Of a stretch of 64,000 bases of DNA, positions 36,115 through 49,730 are shown piece by piece. The stretch is from Mytilus californianus (lineage: Eukaryota): NCBI RefSeq assembly GCF_021869535.1, contig NW_026262593.1, forward strand, positions 31,992,001-32,056,000, written 5' to 3'. The notes below the pieces were generated by a model. It was not told where the DNA came from. It worked only from the letters and a program-made list of their open reading frames with translations, and did no database searches. The position numbers were made by a program, and so were the translations under genes. Numbering within the stretch: position 1 is the stretch's first letter; every line of letters starts with the position of its first letter.

Positions 36115-39100
36115 CTTTAACGTTTTTATTTATGTACTGAGAATCAATTATATTCAAACTTGTTAACAAATGAATAAATTAAGATCAAGAAATTATAAAA
36201 GTTCTTTTCAACATCTTGTTACTAATTTTATGCACTTTTTTAATTGTACTCATGAAACAAGTTTTAAATGCAATATAATATTCCAATCGGTTTGAATAGC
36301 TGTATAGCAATTAAACAAAATTAGTTATGTTTTGATCTTTTAATAAGAATATCATAATTAGTACCGATTAGACAAATACTACAGTGTGAAATTGGTAATT
36401 TATATTTTCATGCGCAAATCAATTGCTTCAGGAATAATGTTCATGATGTACTCTCAATCAGAAAATATGTTTATACTTGGTTTCAGTATATAAAACGAGA
36501 GGTAGTCTATGATTTCCGCAAGTGTAATGTTTTACTCATGCCAATGTGTTTTTTCTTCTGTAAATGTAAGTTTTACAAATGCTAAATTACATACGAACAT
36601 ATCGAGAAGTCATACCAATATAACGAGAAGTGGGATATACCACGATGAGACAACATCCAACGACACAAATCAAAAAGGTATACAACAAATGATTATGTTT
36701 TAAAATACTTTCAACTTAACTTACCTGGAATGTCGAAATACTAATTAAACAAATTACGTGAATTCCTGCAAACTGTTACGCCATGATCATGAACTTGCTT
36801 AAAAATTTGACCTATTCTGTTTCGGTATAGTATAAAGTAGAGTAAAGTAAAAAATATGGTATATTCATATAACAGTTATTGTCCAGAATTTGCACGCAAT
36901 ATTTACTTCTTAACTATAAATAACGATCGATGTAGGACGAGGACATGGTCAACACTGAACTTATTTTTTTGGTTCTACATGTTATTTGATTGAATGAAAG
37001 GCGCGACATGTATACTCTACTCAGACTTTATAAAACGTCACCAGTGTCTGAGCAAATTGTTGATGAACAAGGGTTATGTCAAAGAACGTCTAGTCCTTTT
37101 TCTTTAAAAGTTCATCGGAATATACCAAGACCTTGTTTATAAATATTTCGTATCAACTTCTCTAATAATTAATACATGATGGTCTTGAAATATAGATTCA
37201 AGGTACTGACGTTGTTTGTCATCTTAATTAGGGTATATAGTGTTCTTTTATATGTCTTTGTTAATTGATTATCTTTACTGTTTATTCTATTATTGGTAAT
37301 ATCCCTTTGGTGTGGCTCGGTACCTATACATCCCGTCATTGTGTTATTGTGCTATGGTAAACAAAATTGTATTCTTGTCGTTCATTTTTGCTAATGTTCT
37401 TTGTCTATATGCCTTTTTATTTTCCTTTGTTGACATGATTGTTTGTTTGTATAGTGATTAAGATTATAACACAATGTTGACTGCTGTATCCCTATTTTTG
37501 ACATTTTTACATATAATGTCCGTTTGTTTTGTTTACACATAGCTGTCATTATAATAGGATTTTATGCGACTGTCATACAAGTGAGAGGTTTAGCTAGCTT
37601 TAAAACCAGGTTTAATCCAGCATTTTCTACATTAGAAAATGCCTGTTCCAAGTCAGGAATATGACAATAGTTTTCTATTCGTTTGATTTGTTTGAGCTTT
37701 TGATTTTGCCCTTTGATAAGGGACTTTCCATTTTGAATTTTCCTCGGAGTTCGGTATTTTTGTTATTTTCCTTTCTACTTCAACAAGGAGAACCAAATTT
37801 GTTAAATTTAAAAAGAAAAAAAAAAAACGTTTAATATCATTAAATGACCGAAAATAGAAAACCAGAAAATTTGTCAAATATCATTATATTTTAACACAAC
37901 AAACACGATTGTATACGAAAACTGAAAAAATTTAGAACCAGAATTACTGTTTTGATTCAAATACTACAATTTTAATCATGTGTATTGATTCTTCGACATT
38001 GAAAGTAGGAAACATAAACAATTGTCAAATGTTATGCAAATTAAGAGTTTTTGGTATTTTTTTTTCAGAATATATAATAAATAAAGGCAGCAGTAGTATA
38101 CTGTTGTTCAAAAGTCATAAATAAATTAAGAGAAAACAAATCCGGCTTACAAACTAAAACCGAGTGAAACACATCAACTATAAGAGGAAAACAACGGAAC
38201 AACAGAAACACTGAACTGCAACAAAGACAAACGCCAACATACATAGAAACCGAATATTTGATAACAACTGCCATATTCATGATTTGGTACAGGACATTTT
38301 AAGAAAAAATAGTGGGTTGAACCTGGTTTTATGGCTAGCAAAACATCCCGCTTATATGACAATGTTAAAAAATATATCGCTAAAATGACAACACTACGTG
38401 ATAGGAATACAGTACAAACAAACGCAAGAACACTCAGCACAGAGAAATACTTAAATAAATAATATAATAGTTAATTACAACATGTAAACCACAGAATAAC
38501 AACGGACATCTCCCATTAACGACAGAACAGGACACCACAAACAGTGACGTATTTTTGTGACGTATATATAATATTGAAATTCATACAATTCATATAAGTT
38601 GAAATAATAAAAATCTCTCATAACAAACAAAATTTATGATCTTGAAAAAACTCATTCTAACTTGAAAAGTAGTTTAAATGTATATTATGATTCTGTCAAC
38701 ACTTCTGCTAACAAGACTTTTTAAAGGTTTGAATAGAACGTAAATTTCGTATAGCTTTGTACAAATTGTTCCAGTGCCTGAGAATTAACGGGAAGAAAGG
38801 ATTGTTGATACACATTGATTCGAGTAATTTGAACGGTATTACGTAGCTATTGATGGTAGATTCAGATACCATGGATGGCATAACCCAGCCACTGTCTGAT
38901 TATTAATGTGTATGTTACAAAAATAAGGAAACGTGAAATGAATGCAAATGAGACAAGTTGAACTATCTCCAGTGTCTTAAATGACGTGGCTGTAAGCAAA
39001 AATAGATTGCCTTACCGAGCCTTCAACAATGAGTAAAACCCATATTTCTTACATTAGTAAGCTATAAAAGGCCCATATGTGTCAAAATGTGATACAATTC

Positions 39101-40249
39101 AAACATAATGAAAAACTGTCTGATTTATGACAAACCAATAAACGAAAAACAAATATGACAGACAGTAACCAACTATAACCATTAAATTAAATTATTAAGG
39201 CTTCTGACTTTTTTGACATGCACACAAATAGTGTGGTGGGACTTAAAAAATGTTTATAAGAGCGAGCTGAACACTCCCTTAATCTTGGACAACAGTGCAA
39301 CAGCACAACATAAAAATCAATCTACATTTGATTTTATAATTATGTGGTACTTTCATAACCGTTTATTCCAATTAAATGAGATAGATAACAAAAGTATTTC
39401 ACATTGATTATCCTTCAATTACTGAAAACCCTTGTAACGCCTCTATCATTATATATCATTTATATAATATAAAATAATTCCTTATGTCATGATACTTAAG
39501 CCCTAACGGAAGGGATTGTGGTAGATTTTCATATAATGGAGACACAATCTTTCAGTCAGTTTAATTGAAGTCTGGAGCTGGCTTGTTAGTAGCTGCAAGT
39601 AGTCCTTTGTTAATCTATGTTATTGTCATTTCGCTTATTTTGTTCTGTTACCTATTCTAACATCGGACTCGGACTTCTTTTGAACTGATTTTTACTGTGC
39701 GATTTGATGTGTGTTTGTTTTTTCCACATTGGCTAGAGGTTTAGAGGGAGGGTGGAGATATCACAAGCATGTTTAACATGTTTTACACCGCCTGTTCCAA
39801 GTCAGAAAACTCTAGCCTTTGTTAATCTTGTGTGGTTTTTATGATTTTGGTTCATTTGTATTTTTCGGAGATAAGTGTGTCGTCCATTTCGAAAAATTAT
39901 TGTAATATTGATAATAAACCACCAAGAGTTTAACTATCATCCAGTTGTCGTTGTCTTACACTATATTTTTGTGTTTTCTGTTGTATATTAATTTAAATGT
40001 CCGCTACTGGATATTATATCTAACGTAGATTGCTGTCCCTTTGACAGTCAAGTCGCATTTCCTTATTTTATTTATGTTGATTCAGATGGACGCACAAATT
40101 ATTTGTCTGTTTGTCTTTTTATTTTTGGCCATGACGTTGTCAGTTTGTTTTCGATCTATGAGTTTGACTGTCCCTCTAGTATCTTTCGTCCCTCTTTTAT
40201 CAATAGCTAGATGAATCGTTGCTATTTTTTTTCATATACATGTATAAAA

Positions 40250-40320
40250 CGCCTACAAAAGACTCATCAGTGACGCCCGAATCAAAAAAGTGAAAAGACC
40301 AAATAAAGTACGCAGTTGTA
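40250..40320 (-). ncRNA. Truncated hammerhead ribozyme remnant (non-functional as written)
   Basis: Minus strand reads gggcgtca CTGATGAG tcttttgtaggc g, then lacks AAAC and stem III; homologous to 46543-46620. Confidence 0.65.
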
Positions 40321-41819
40321 GAAAATTTCTTAGGTATTTTCGTACGCTTCTATAAAAACAGTATTTGTCATATTTGAATTGAAATAATTCCTTCATTTCA
40401 TGCTCTATGCTCATTTTAATATGAGTAGGCATTATATTTGACCATATTTTCAGCTTGCTAACGCTCGGTGTAAAATATTGACAAATATAATGTCTACCCA
40501 TATTAAAATAAGCGTAGAGCATGACATGAAGGAATTCTTTCTTAATCCAAAATATAATACAAACATTGAAAAGTACAGTAAAAATTCGATAAACAGGACT
40601 TAGATGAATTGAAAAATATCCCACGGTAAAGCATGATCACATGAAGATAAAAATCAAATTTCAGGAAGCTCTGATACGCATTTCCTGAAAACAAATGAAA
40701 CAAGCATTTTCTTTATGGTCATCATTTAGATTTTGTGTAAGATAGAAGTAAATTTTCGTTAAACAGGACTTTGATGAGTAACTTATTTGAAAATAAATCA
40801 CATGGTAAAACATAATCACATTGAGATTGATACCAAATCTCAGGAAGCTCTGATTAGCAGTTAATGGGAAAAGTGCAACAAGTACAAAATATAATAGATC
40901 TCAAAGACATTGTGAAAATTTTGTATTTATCATGACATTTTTAAATTATCCTCAACTGCAGAAAAGGGTATTAAAGGACTATTTTGATTGTAAAAAAAAT
41001 GTAAGGACTCATTTTGATTATGGGGTATCATATCCCTCCATTTTGTGAAAGACTGCCCATGTTCGACAATTTGTTTAATAGAATTTTAAGATTCCTCATA
41101 GTTATGGACAGCCTCAAATATATGAAAAATAACATGATGTGGTATGATTGCAAAGGAATCAACAAATGTTTTATTATTCTATCCTTATTATAGTCACTCT
41201 AGACCGATTGGTTGTAATAAAACCAAACAGGATTTTAACTAAGGAAATACATAGATTAAGATGTTTTATTCAGACTACTGAAGTAAAACGGCGGATTTTC
41301 CTCATCTTAAGTGTATACTGAGGAAAACATATAGTAAATGTATAACATATATATAATATTGACAAAGATCAACAATGTGTATAAGTGTGTAAGTGTGTAC
41401 ATGTTGCATTGCATTTCTGTCAATATACATAAAGGACATAAGCCATGATATAACTGTATCAAAATGTATGTAAGCAAAATTTTAAAATTAAGTAGACTAT
41501 TATTGTCACATGATTCACAAGAGTAAGTGTGCATATCAATTCATTAAAATATATAATATGTATAAACAAAAAGAGCGTTGTTTTTTTGTGCCTGACAGTA
41601 CTCCCCATGTAAAACTGAAGTGACCAGACTCTTTTTTAATATATCTATCGTGAATTAATAACAAATCAATCTTCACTGGTTCAAGTTCTAAAGAACTATT
41701 TCCGTGCAAGAACTTGGAGACCGATATAAAATAAGGAGATTTGGTTTGATTGCCAATGAGGCAACTATCTAACAGAGTCCAAATGTCGTGAATTGTAGCA
41801 ACAATAGGTCACTGATTTA

Positions 41820-42000
41820 TGGACACCTTGCAGACTTTATTAACAGGTTGGGGTGTGCTCCTTACACAAAAACTGAGTCAACAGGTGTATGAGGATGAAC
41901 GACTGAAACCGACACTACCTACGTTTTACGGTCCATATCACAAAGGTTAACTTTAACGATGTGTCGGTTTCTTATCTCAATAGCGACATGTTTTCGCGGT
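41820..42000 (+). pseudogene. Degenerate Penelope-like RT C-terminal remnant
   Basis: Resembles the LLTRKL...LKSSLRKFYG...SDMF segment of the 8576-9124 ORF, with frameshifts. Confidence 0.55.
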
Positions 42001-43874
42001 CTTGGGTCTTTATAGCCAATCAAGTTTTCTATTCTGGACTTTAACAGAGTGTTTCCGATTTCCGATTGTGACATTTTTACTGAGTGTAAATTCCTTGACG
42101 CTTGATGTATACATAGCAGGAAACGCTTATCTTGTCTGACTACATTTGGAGTTCCATCAGTTTCTGTTGGTTACTTCTATTTGTCCCGTTCTTATCGATT
42201 TATGTCATTTGAACATCGGTAAACTATTGTTGCCATACTTTATGATAAAACAATAAACGAAGATCAAAAACAACACACAGCAACCGACGGAAACCACTGA
42301 ATTACAGGCTTCTGGGTTAGGACAGGTACATATAAAATGTGAGCGCTCAATCAACCGAACCTGATACAGTGGTGTCTGTTGTAGTGTATTCTATAAGCAT
42401 GCGATATATAATTACGTAATCTAGTCATTGACCAGAAATGAATTCATAAAACACTATTACACAAAGTAATCCTTTTGTATTCGCGTATACCTTTAATAGT
42501 TTCCCATAAGATTATTTATATTAACATACACAGGACGACTCGATCAGCCTGAATTTGAATACTTAACAGTCCCCGAGATATCGCCATCCCTCAATTATGC
42601 CAGACGTTGTAAGCATATTCTAGAAATGGGTTTGTAAATTCAAGTATTGTATCAGTTATCAGCATGGATCTTTAGTTAGTTTTTGATTGAACAGATGTTC
42701 AACTCCATGGAAGCATAAAACTGGATAATAAAGTTTATTTTCGGTTACTATGAAATAAAAAGATGTGGTATAATTGCCAACGCGACTATCGGACTTACAT
42801 GGTTATCAACTATAGATCAATGCACGGCTTTCAACAATGATTAAAACCCATACCGCACAGCAAGCTATGAAAGGCTCTAAAATGATAAAAGTAATACTAT
42901 TCATACAAGAAAATTACGGCCTGCGTTATGTATAAAACAATTAACAAAAACAATAAAATATACAACAACAAACGACATCCACTGAACAGTCCCTCATGAT
43001 TTTGGACAGGCACATACAGAAGTGGAGGGGTTAAACATATTTGCAGGCGAGCCAACCCTTCCCCTACCCTGCAAGAGTGGTGTAACAACACAACATAAGA
43101 ACAAACTATACACATATGTTGAAAAGGGCTTAACTAATCAGATCAACGAGGTACAAAAAACAACTAAAAAACATAAGAGACAAAAGTACAGATCTGAGAG
43201 TACTACGGGTTACTGAAAAAACTATTTCAAAGCCAATAACAACTATAAGAAAATAATGTATCTAAGACTGAAAAATTCATCAGTTTACATTCGAATTCCT
43301 ATTAGTTTAGTGTAGAGACGTCATTGACAGTCCGAGAAAAACACGACCTCGTGCAATGCCAAAATATGGGTATCGATATATTGTAGTGCCATGAATGTAC
43401 ATATGTGTATAGCAATCATATTTAGTTAGGTTAAATTTATTGATAACGGAATCGTTTTATTCAAACACATCTATTCTGTTATAACGACTTATTAAAAAGG
43501 TATTTCACTTTACCCATATATTTAATTTTTTAGTACTCTAAATTTTTGATATTGCTATATTAAAATGTAGCCTAAATTAATACAGATAATGGGATCTAAA
43601 GCGAGATGATGTTTAAATATAAAACAGTCAACCCAAACACGCCTAAACGTTAAAAGGTGTAACGACTTCAAATTTTCGATAAGATTATTGTCATTTTTTA
43701 TTATTTTCCTCCCAAAAAAAACTATTGCCGGGGAAGAGATTCAAATTATTGCTTTCAAAAGATAAATATTTTATCTTTCTGTGGATTTTTTTGTCGTTGC
43801 AATATATGATCATACATATTAAAGATCTTATATCCAAATGTATTTGTACCTACCATAATGTACTGTTTTTGTGA

Positions 43875-44457
43875 AAAGGAGTAGGCCCGGTAAGACCCCT
43901 TTTTGGCCCAAAAATATAGCATTTTTACAAATTTGTTGAAATGTAAACTTTTAGCTATTTATTGGAAAGTAGAATACTTATGTTCCATAAATATAGGCTG
44001 TTTTGACCATACAATGCACATGCATCAGGTACTTGCATCATAAATTCATGCAAAATTACTGAAATCTTCACAATTTTAGCATTTGCGCTAATTGTAAGAT
44101 GATTTTTTACTAAAATGGAAGTGGCCGCATTTGTGTTCAGTCTTTAAATTTAAATACATGTTGTATTTGATGATAAAACATAACATATATAAAGGTTGAG
44201 ACTGAACACGAATGCAGCCACTTACATTTTAAACAAAACCCATCTGAAAAGTGACGTTTTATGGCATATTTGATAGATTTTTCATATTAAAGCTTGAATT
44301 TGAGCGTCTTTAATGACCAAATCAATGAAAATCTTTTACATAGATTAATTGAATCCACTGAAATAGACACTTAAGCGTTTAAAAAATGTCAAAAATCTTT
44401 CATTAGATGTACTTCAAATGTTAGGCCAAAACTAACCCTTACCGGACTTTCTCCTTT
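43875..44457. mobile_element. MITE-like element with imperfect TIRs
   Basis: aaaggagtaggcccggtaag...ttttggcc / ggccaaaa...cttaccggactttctccttt. Confidence 0.7.
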
Positions 44458-46511
44458 GTATTTATTTTTAATATCTCGAAGCTCCATAATACTATTTGAT
44501 TATAAATACGTATATACGATACAAAAAGTCCTTAATCACGGGTGTTAAACTGTTCACCGTAACTGCAGTTACGGTGATCCCAACATGGCGGAGCCCAAAA
44601 CAGGTAAAATCGTCTTTTTGTAATTTCTCCGTGTACGCGCATTGTTTTAAAGAATTACTCAGCCGCTAGGTTGATATGTACGGTATTGTTGTGTGTGTGT
44701 GTTCTTAATATCATATGTGACCTTGTTACCGAAATAATAGCCATTGAAAATTTACGGAAGATCATCGTAACTCCAAAAGAAGATAGTCGTAACTTGTGGA
44801 CCAATAACTTGAAAGATAATCGTAACTGTATAAAATATGTCTATGATCATAGTAACTGATTTAGTCAGAAACCTTTGCTAACGGAATATATAATTAAAAA
44901 TGTTGTGTAAAGATAACAACAAACGCGTAAACAACATTCGTGATCGAAATATTTTTTCAACATAAGGTAAGTTTGCAATTTTTCATAATCATTTATACAA
45001 ATATTGGTATACTATTCGGGACAACCACATGTCATCGATATTAGGAATATAATGCATCCTAATGTTAAAACTATACTAAATTATAGTTTGAAATTCCATT
45101 ATATTGTAACAGGAGACGGTTCGACCTTAGTATATTTTCTATGTATCAGATATTCTTTTTTTTAATATCTGTGTATTTTATTTGTTTAAGTCCGTAATGT
45201 TAACTCAGTATCTAAAGCTACACGTATTTTCTACATTGTACTGATGAGCTCCTTTTTATCGTGTGTAAAAATATATAATCTACTCGAACAATACGTATAC
45301 TCTGATACTGATCACGGACCTTGACTTCAATATCTCTATAAGTTAACTGTAAATTGAATATCTTCAATCGGACAATTATATTAAATCAAGCGAAATCGAT
45401 TTTATGGCTCGGAAAAAAATAATTTTCGAAACACAAATCTACATGATATTTCCGACTTTTAATTGTGAACCGTCTGCTAACCTCGTATAAAGATTCGAAC
45501 CACTGGGCCCTGAGTCTCCATTGCTGAAGAGATCGAGATAAGTATTTTTTTTACAACACATGTAAATTGCAATAACAATATGAAGTACCAAAGTCAACAA
45601 AGTACACATTAAACAGAGCACTCAAATAAGTCTATCAAAATATTGCATTGTAAAATAATGTAAAAGTTCTTACCAAACATGTGATATGAATATTTACGGC
45701 TTCTTAACAAACGGAATTCTACCGTATACACCCTAAACTATTTAACTTTATCGTAATCTTATTAAATATTAAATTCAAAACCCCGAAATACAAAAACTCT
45801 CTAACTCAATTATTACTAGAGCACGCTGTGGAATTAGACTCTATATTTAGAGGGGGACTTTAGATAAAACAGGATAAAATAAAGTAACGAAGAATTACCC
45901 TGAGAAATAAAGCATATCGGTTTTACTCAAACCAAGTTGCAGTGTCTTATTCAGACATCGGGGTATAATAAACCCGTAAGCCCTTGAAATAAACAACGGC
46001 GGTTTTATTCAAACCAAAATGTTGATTATGGTATTTATTTGATATAAATCAGTCATGTAGTTACTTGGTAATATATTTTGAAAAATATTGATTTTAGTTG
46101 AAATGATAGGATATTTTTGGAGTGGGAACTAACTTTTGTCCACTGAATTACAGGTAAAGAAATAACAAGAGGCTCAAGAGCCTGAATCGCTCACCTGATT
46201 TTTATTTTTATCCCAATTCATTCATCAGTCATGATTTATATATTTGAGTTATAATGTATATCAGTGTTTGCTTAAAAATGCTTCTTAAATTTTTTTTTGT
46301 ATGTTATAATTTTAGCAACAAAGCCCCCCCCCCCCCCTCCCAGAAAGTTAAATGGTCCATGCCTAAGCAAATAAAAACTATGAAAATAAATTGGATAGAA
46401 ACAAGCCACCCTACACATAATTTTGAATATAAAAAAAAAAAGATTCCGCCACAATATCTTTATTTAGCACTCTTAGTAACTTCATTTTTTCGTAGGTTAT
46501 ATGCGCTCTAT

Positions 46512-46703
46512 AGTTATCAAAGGTACCTGGATCATAATATAATACGCCAGACGCGCGTTTCGTCTACATAAGACTCATCAGTGACGCTCAGATCAAAATA
46601 GTTATAAAGCCAAACAAGTACAAAGTTGAAGAGCATGGAGGACCCAAAATTCCAAAAAGTTGTGCCAAATACGGCTAAGGTAATCTATTCCTGGGATAAG
46701 AAA
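46512..46703 (-). mobile_element. Retrozyme-like (hammerhead-bearing) repeat fragment
   Basis: Contains the hammerhead below; partial homolog at 40250-40320; hammerhead retrozymes are known from Mytilus. Confidence 0.6.
46543..46590 (-). ncRNA. Type I minimal hammerhead ribozyme
   Basis: Minus strand: gcgtca CUGAUGA gucu uaugu agac GAAA cgcgc GUC uggcgu; stems I and II pair, very short stem III, GUC cleavage triplet. Confidence 0.85.
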
Positions 46704-48689
46704 ACTTATATGTGTCCTTTAATGTCTAGTACAGACGCAGTATTGACGCACACCTTAGCTACCCACACCAAAGGAACTAGTACAACATTCAGATTACGAA
46801 AAAAGTGTTTAAAAAGGGAACGAGATTCAAAGGAAAATAAGATACCGTGACCTAAAGCATATCTTTACTTGAAAACGAACGTAATTTAAACATTATAGTT
46901 TCCATTAATAATATGTGAACATGGAAAATGTTTGCCTCTCCTTGTTCATGATGAACATTTACCTTAAATTATGACTTGTAAAATATAAAGACTATATCTA
47001 CAAAGCAAAAGGTAAATTAGTAAATTATTCACTAGTTCTAGCCACACTATCAAACATTCAAACACGATTTATATATAGTCGCCCATCAGCATATAGAGAA
47101 AGTTACGATCATCACTGACAAGTTACTATGATCATTTACAAGTTACGACTATCTAATAGTCAAGTTACCACTATCATAACAAACAAAATTCTTGGAGTAA
47201 CGATGATCTTCCGTAAATTTTCAATGGCTATTATTTCGGTAACAAGGTCACATATGATATTAAGAACACACACATACAACAGTACCGTACATGTCAACCT
47301 AGCGGCTGAGTAATTCTTTAAAACAATGCGTGTACACGGAGAAATTACAAAAAGACGATTTTACCTGCTTTGGGCTCCGCCATGTTGGGATCACCGTAAC
47401 TGCAGTTACGGTGATCAGTTTAACACCAGTGAAATGATGCACATACATTAAACTTTAAGGCCATATAAAAAGATGTAAACAATTGAAATATATTAACTTG
47501 GCTATTTTTAGCTTCTCTAATCAAGAGTTTCATTTCCTTTGTTTAATTTCAACTGGATATCAGCCTGATTTGTGATCAAGATAGGGCGGTATAAAGGTTT
47601 GAATGATAGAGTTTTTGATTATGCTAGATAAGTTGATAAAATCATTACCTTTTATAATATATTTAATATTCAGAAAATGCAAAGTTTATCGATACGCGGG
47701 AACAGTCTATGGCTACAAAAAACTGTAATTTGCGTAAATTTTTGAATAGGGGGAAAAATGAGAATTGTGTCACACTTCTTGAAAATATCATGTAATTTCC
47801 TAATTAGTTTTAGATTAATTTTATATACTTTTTGATGCCTACCATTTTTTTTATGAATATATACATACGAGATCGTCAAGTGTATGGTTTATACGATGTT
47901 TCATTCGTTAATTTTGATTCATACGTTTGTCATAAGACCTACAATTACGTTGTCTTTTGTCTACAATATTCATGATATCAAAAGAGAAAGTTTTAAATAT
48001 GACCCCTTGTTCCATTATATTGTCATTTAGACCGAGGGGAGATCCTGGCTGCAGTCATTGATCCAAGACAGTTAGCAAATTTTACGGTAATCTTCAAATT
48101 GTTTATGTGATTTGCCTTGTTGTTTCTTGATCGCTTCTAGCGGTTTGAAATTTATAAATTTAATATTGTGATTTTGTGTCATAAATGTTGGTAATTGATA
48201 CATTTCAAATTCTTAGGTTTTTGGAAGTAGTATAGATGTTCCTGTGTTCGTCTAAACAATACCTGTCATGTTTGTCCTACATATTGTTTATCACACTTTG
48301 GCTTGGTTCAAATTACCAGATATATGAAACTTTGATTTTTTCAAGTATTTAAATGTAGCTTCATACATTAACTACAATTGCTTTTAATTACTTTTCAATT
48401 TTACATCAATGAATTCCGTTATTTCAACAAATATCGTCCCTTCGTACAAATATAGCCCTTCGTACTTTCTCCCTTTTTTCCCTATAAAAGCAAGGTCGAG
48501 AAATAAGCTTTTTACATGTCATTTCAAGTTTATGAATAACAGGTCTTGTTGATATGAAGCAAATAATTCAAAGGTATGTGTTTAAAAACATTTTCTAAGG
48601 AACATGGTAAAGGTTTGGTGTAAACACTGTCAAATAAAGGACACGTTGATGGATTTATTGATTTGGCTGTCCAAATTGGCATGTTTCTT

Positions 48690-49248
48690 TAGTTTCATTC
48701 TGAGATTGTATTAAGATTTTGTTCATGTCTCCCAGTTTCTTTCTGAGATTATATTTAGTTTTCGTACATGTCTCCTAGTTTCTTCCTGAGATTGTATTAA
48801 GTTTTCGTTCATGTCTCCTAGTTTCTTCGTGAATTGTATTTAGTTTCCGTTCAAGTCTCCCAATTTCTTCCTGAATTGTATTTAGTTTTCGTTCATGTCT
48901 CCAAGTTTCGTCCTGAATTGTATTTAGTTTCGTTCATGTCTCCCAGTTTTTTCGTGAATTGTATTTAGTTTCCGTTCATGTCTCCCAGTTTCTTCCTGAA
49001 TTGTATTTAGTTTTCGTTCATGTCTCCCAGTTTCGTCTTGAATTGTATTTAGTTTCGTTTATGTCTCCCAGTTTCTGTCTGAATAGTATTTAGTTAACGT
49101 TCATGTCTCCCAGTTTCTTCCTGAGATTGTATTTAGTTTTCTTTTATTTCTCCTAGTTTCTTCCTGAGATTGTAATTAGTTTTTGTTCATGTCTCCCAGT
49201 TTCTTCCTGAGATTGTATCATTAGTTTTCGTCCATGTCTCCCAGTTTC
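48690..49248 (+). repeat. Minisatellite, 41-44-bp unit (gaattgtatttagttttcgttcatgtctcccagtttcttcct), about 13 copies
   Basis: Tandem units counted by the gtctccc core. Confidence 0.95.
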
Positions 49249-49259
49249 AATTCTCAAAC

Positions 49260-49730
49260 TGTGTTTACTTGCCTTAATTCAGTTAAAGTTCTACTACTGA
49301 TACAATTCTTCATATTTATAATTTACTTTCCTAATTGAAAGTTAATTCGAATAAGAAATATTTGCTGAATTTTTGGTATCTTTCAAATAACTATAATGTC
49401 TTATATGTATCCATGTCTTAAGAAAATTCTTTTGGAGACATTTCTTCAAATAAAATTTAAATTTATTATTACTAAGTTTTTTACAGATAGATAGGTTGAT
49501 GTCCAGTTTTTTTTCACTATAAAAAAATATGTTCGTGTACCATGAGTTATTTGACTGACTTGTGCTAGATTTATACTCATTAAAGACTCTGCTCAACAGG
49601 TCAGATGGGTAATTCTCAAGTCTATACCAGTACAAAAATATTTGTTTTATCTAGTTGAATTATAATGGGTATCTCCCAACATGCCCAAGTTTCGAAAGAA
49701 CTGCAAAGTTTGTACAGAGTTTAGTAACGC
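49260..49730 (-). pseudogene. Non-LTR (CR1/L2-like) ORF2 C-terminal remnant
   Basis: Frameshifted ...NFAV..LG.YP...YWYRLEN... and SWY motifs typical of LINE ORF2 tails. Confidence 0.5.

Larger units (their letters stand above)
23590..37780 (+). repeat. Tandem segmental duplication, unit 2 (expanded by several copy-specific insertions)
   Basis: Collinear with 11340-23580. Confidence 0.9.
44537..47431. mobile_element. 2.9-kb non-autonomous DNA transposon with 240-bp TIRs and CAC...GTG termini
   Basis: 44537-44776 and 47192-47431 are inverted copies with about 8 differences; no transposase ORF inside. Confidence 0.85.

Noticed and set aside
40591-40860. About 170-bp-period degenerate duplication (aaacaggact...caggaagctctgat)
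   Set aside because: Two decayed copies with no coding or structural signal; ordinary local duplication.
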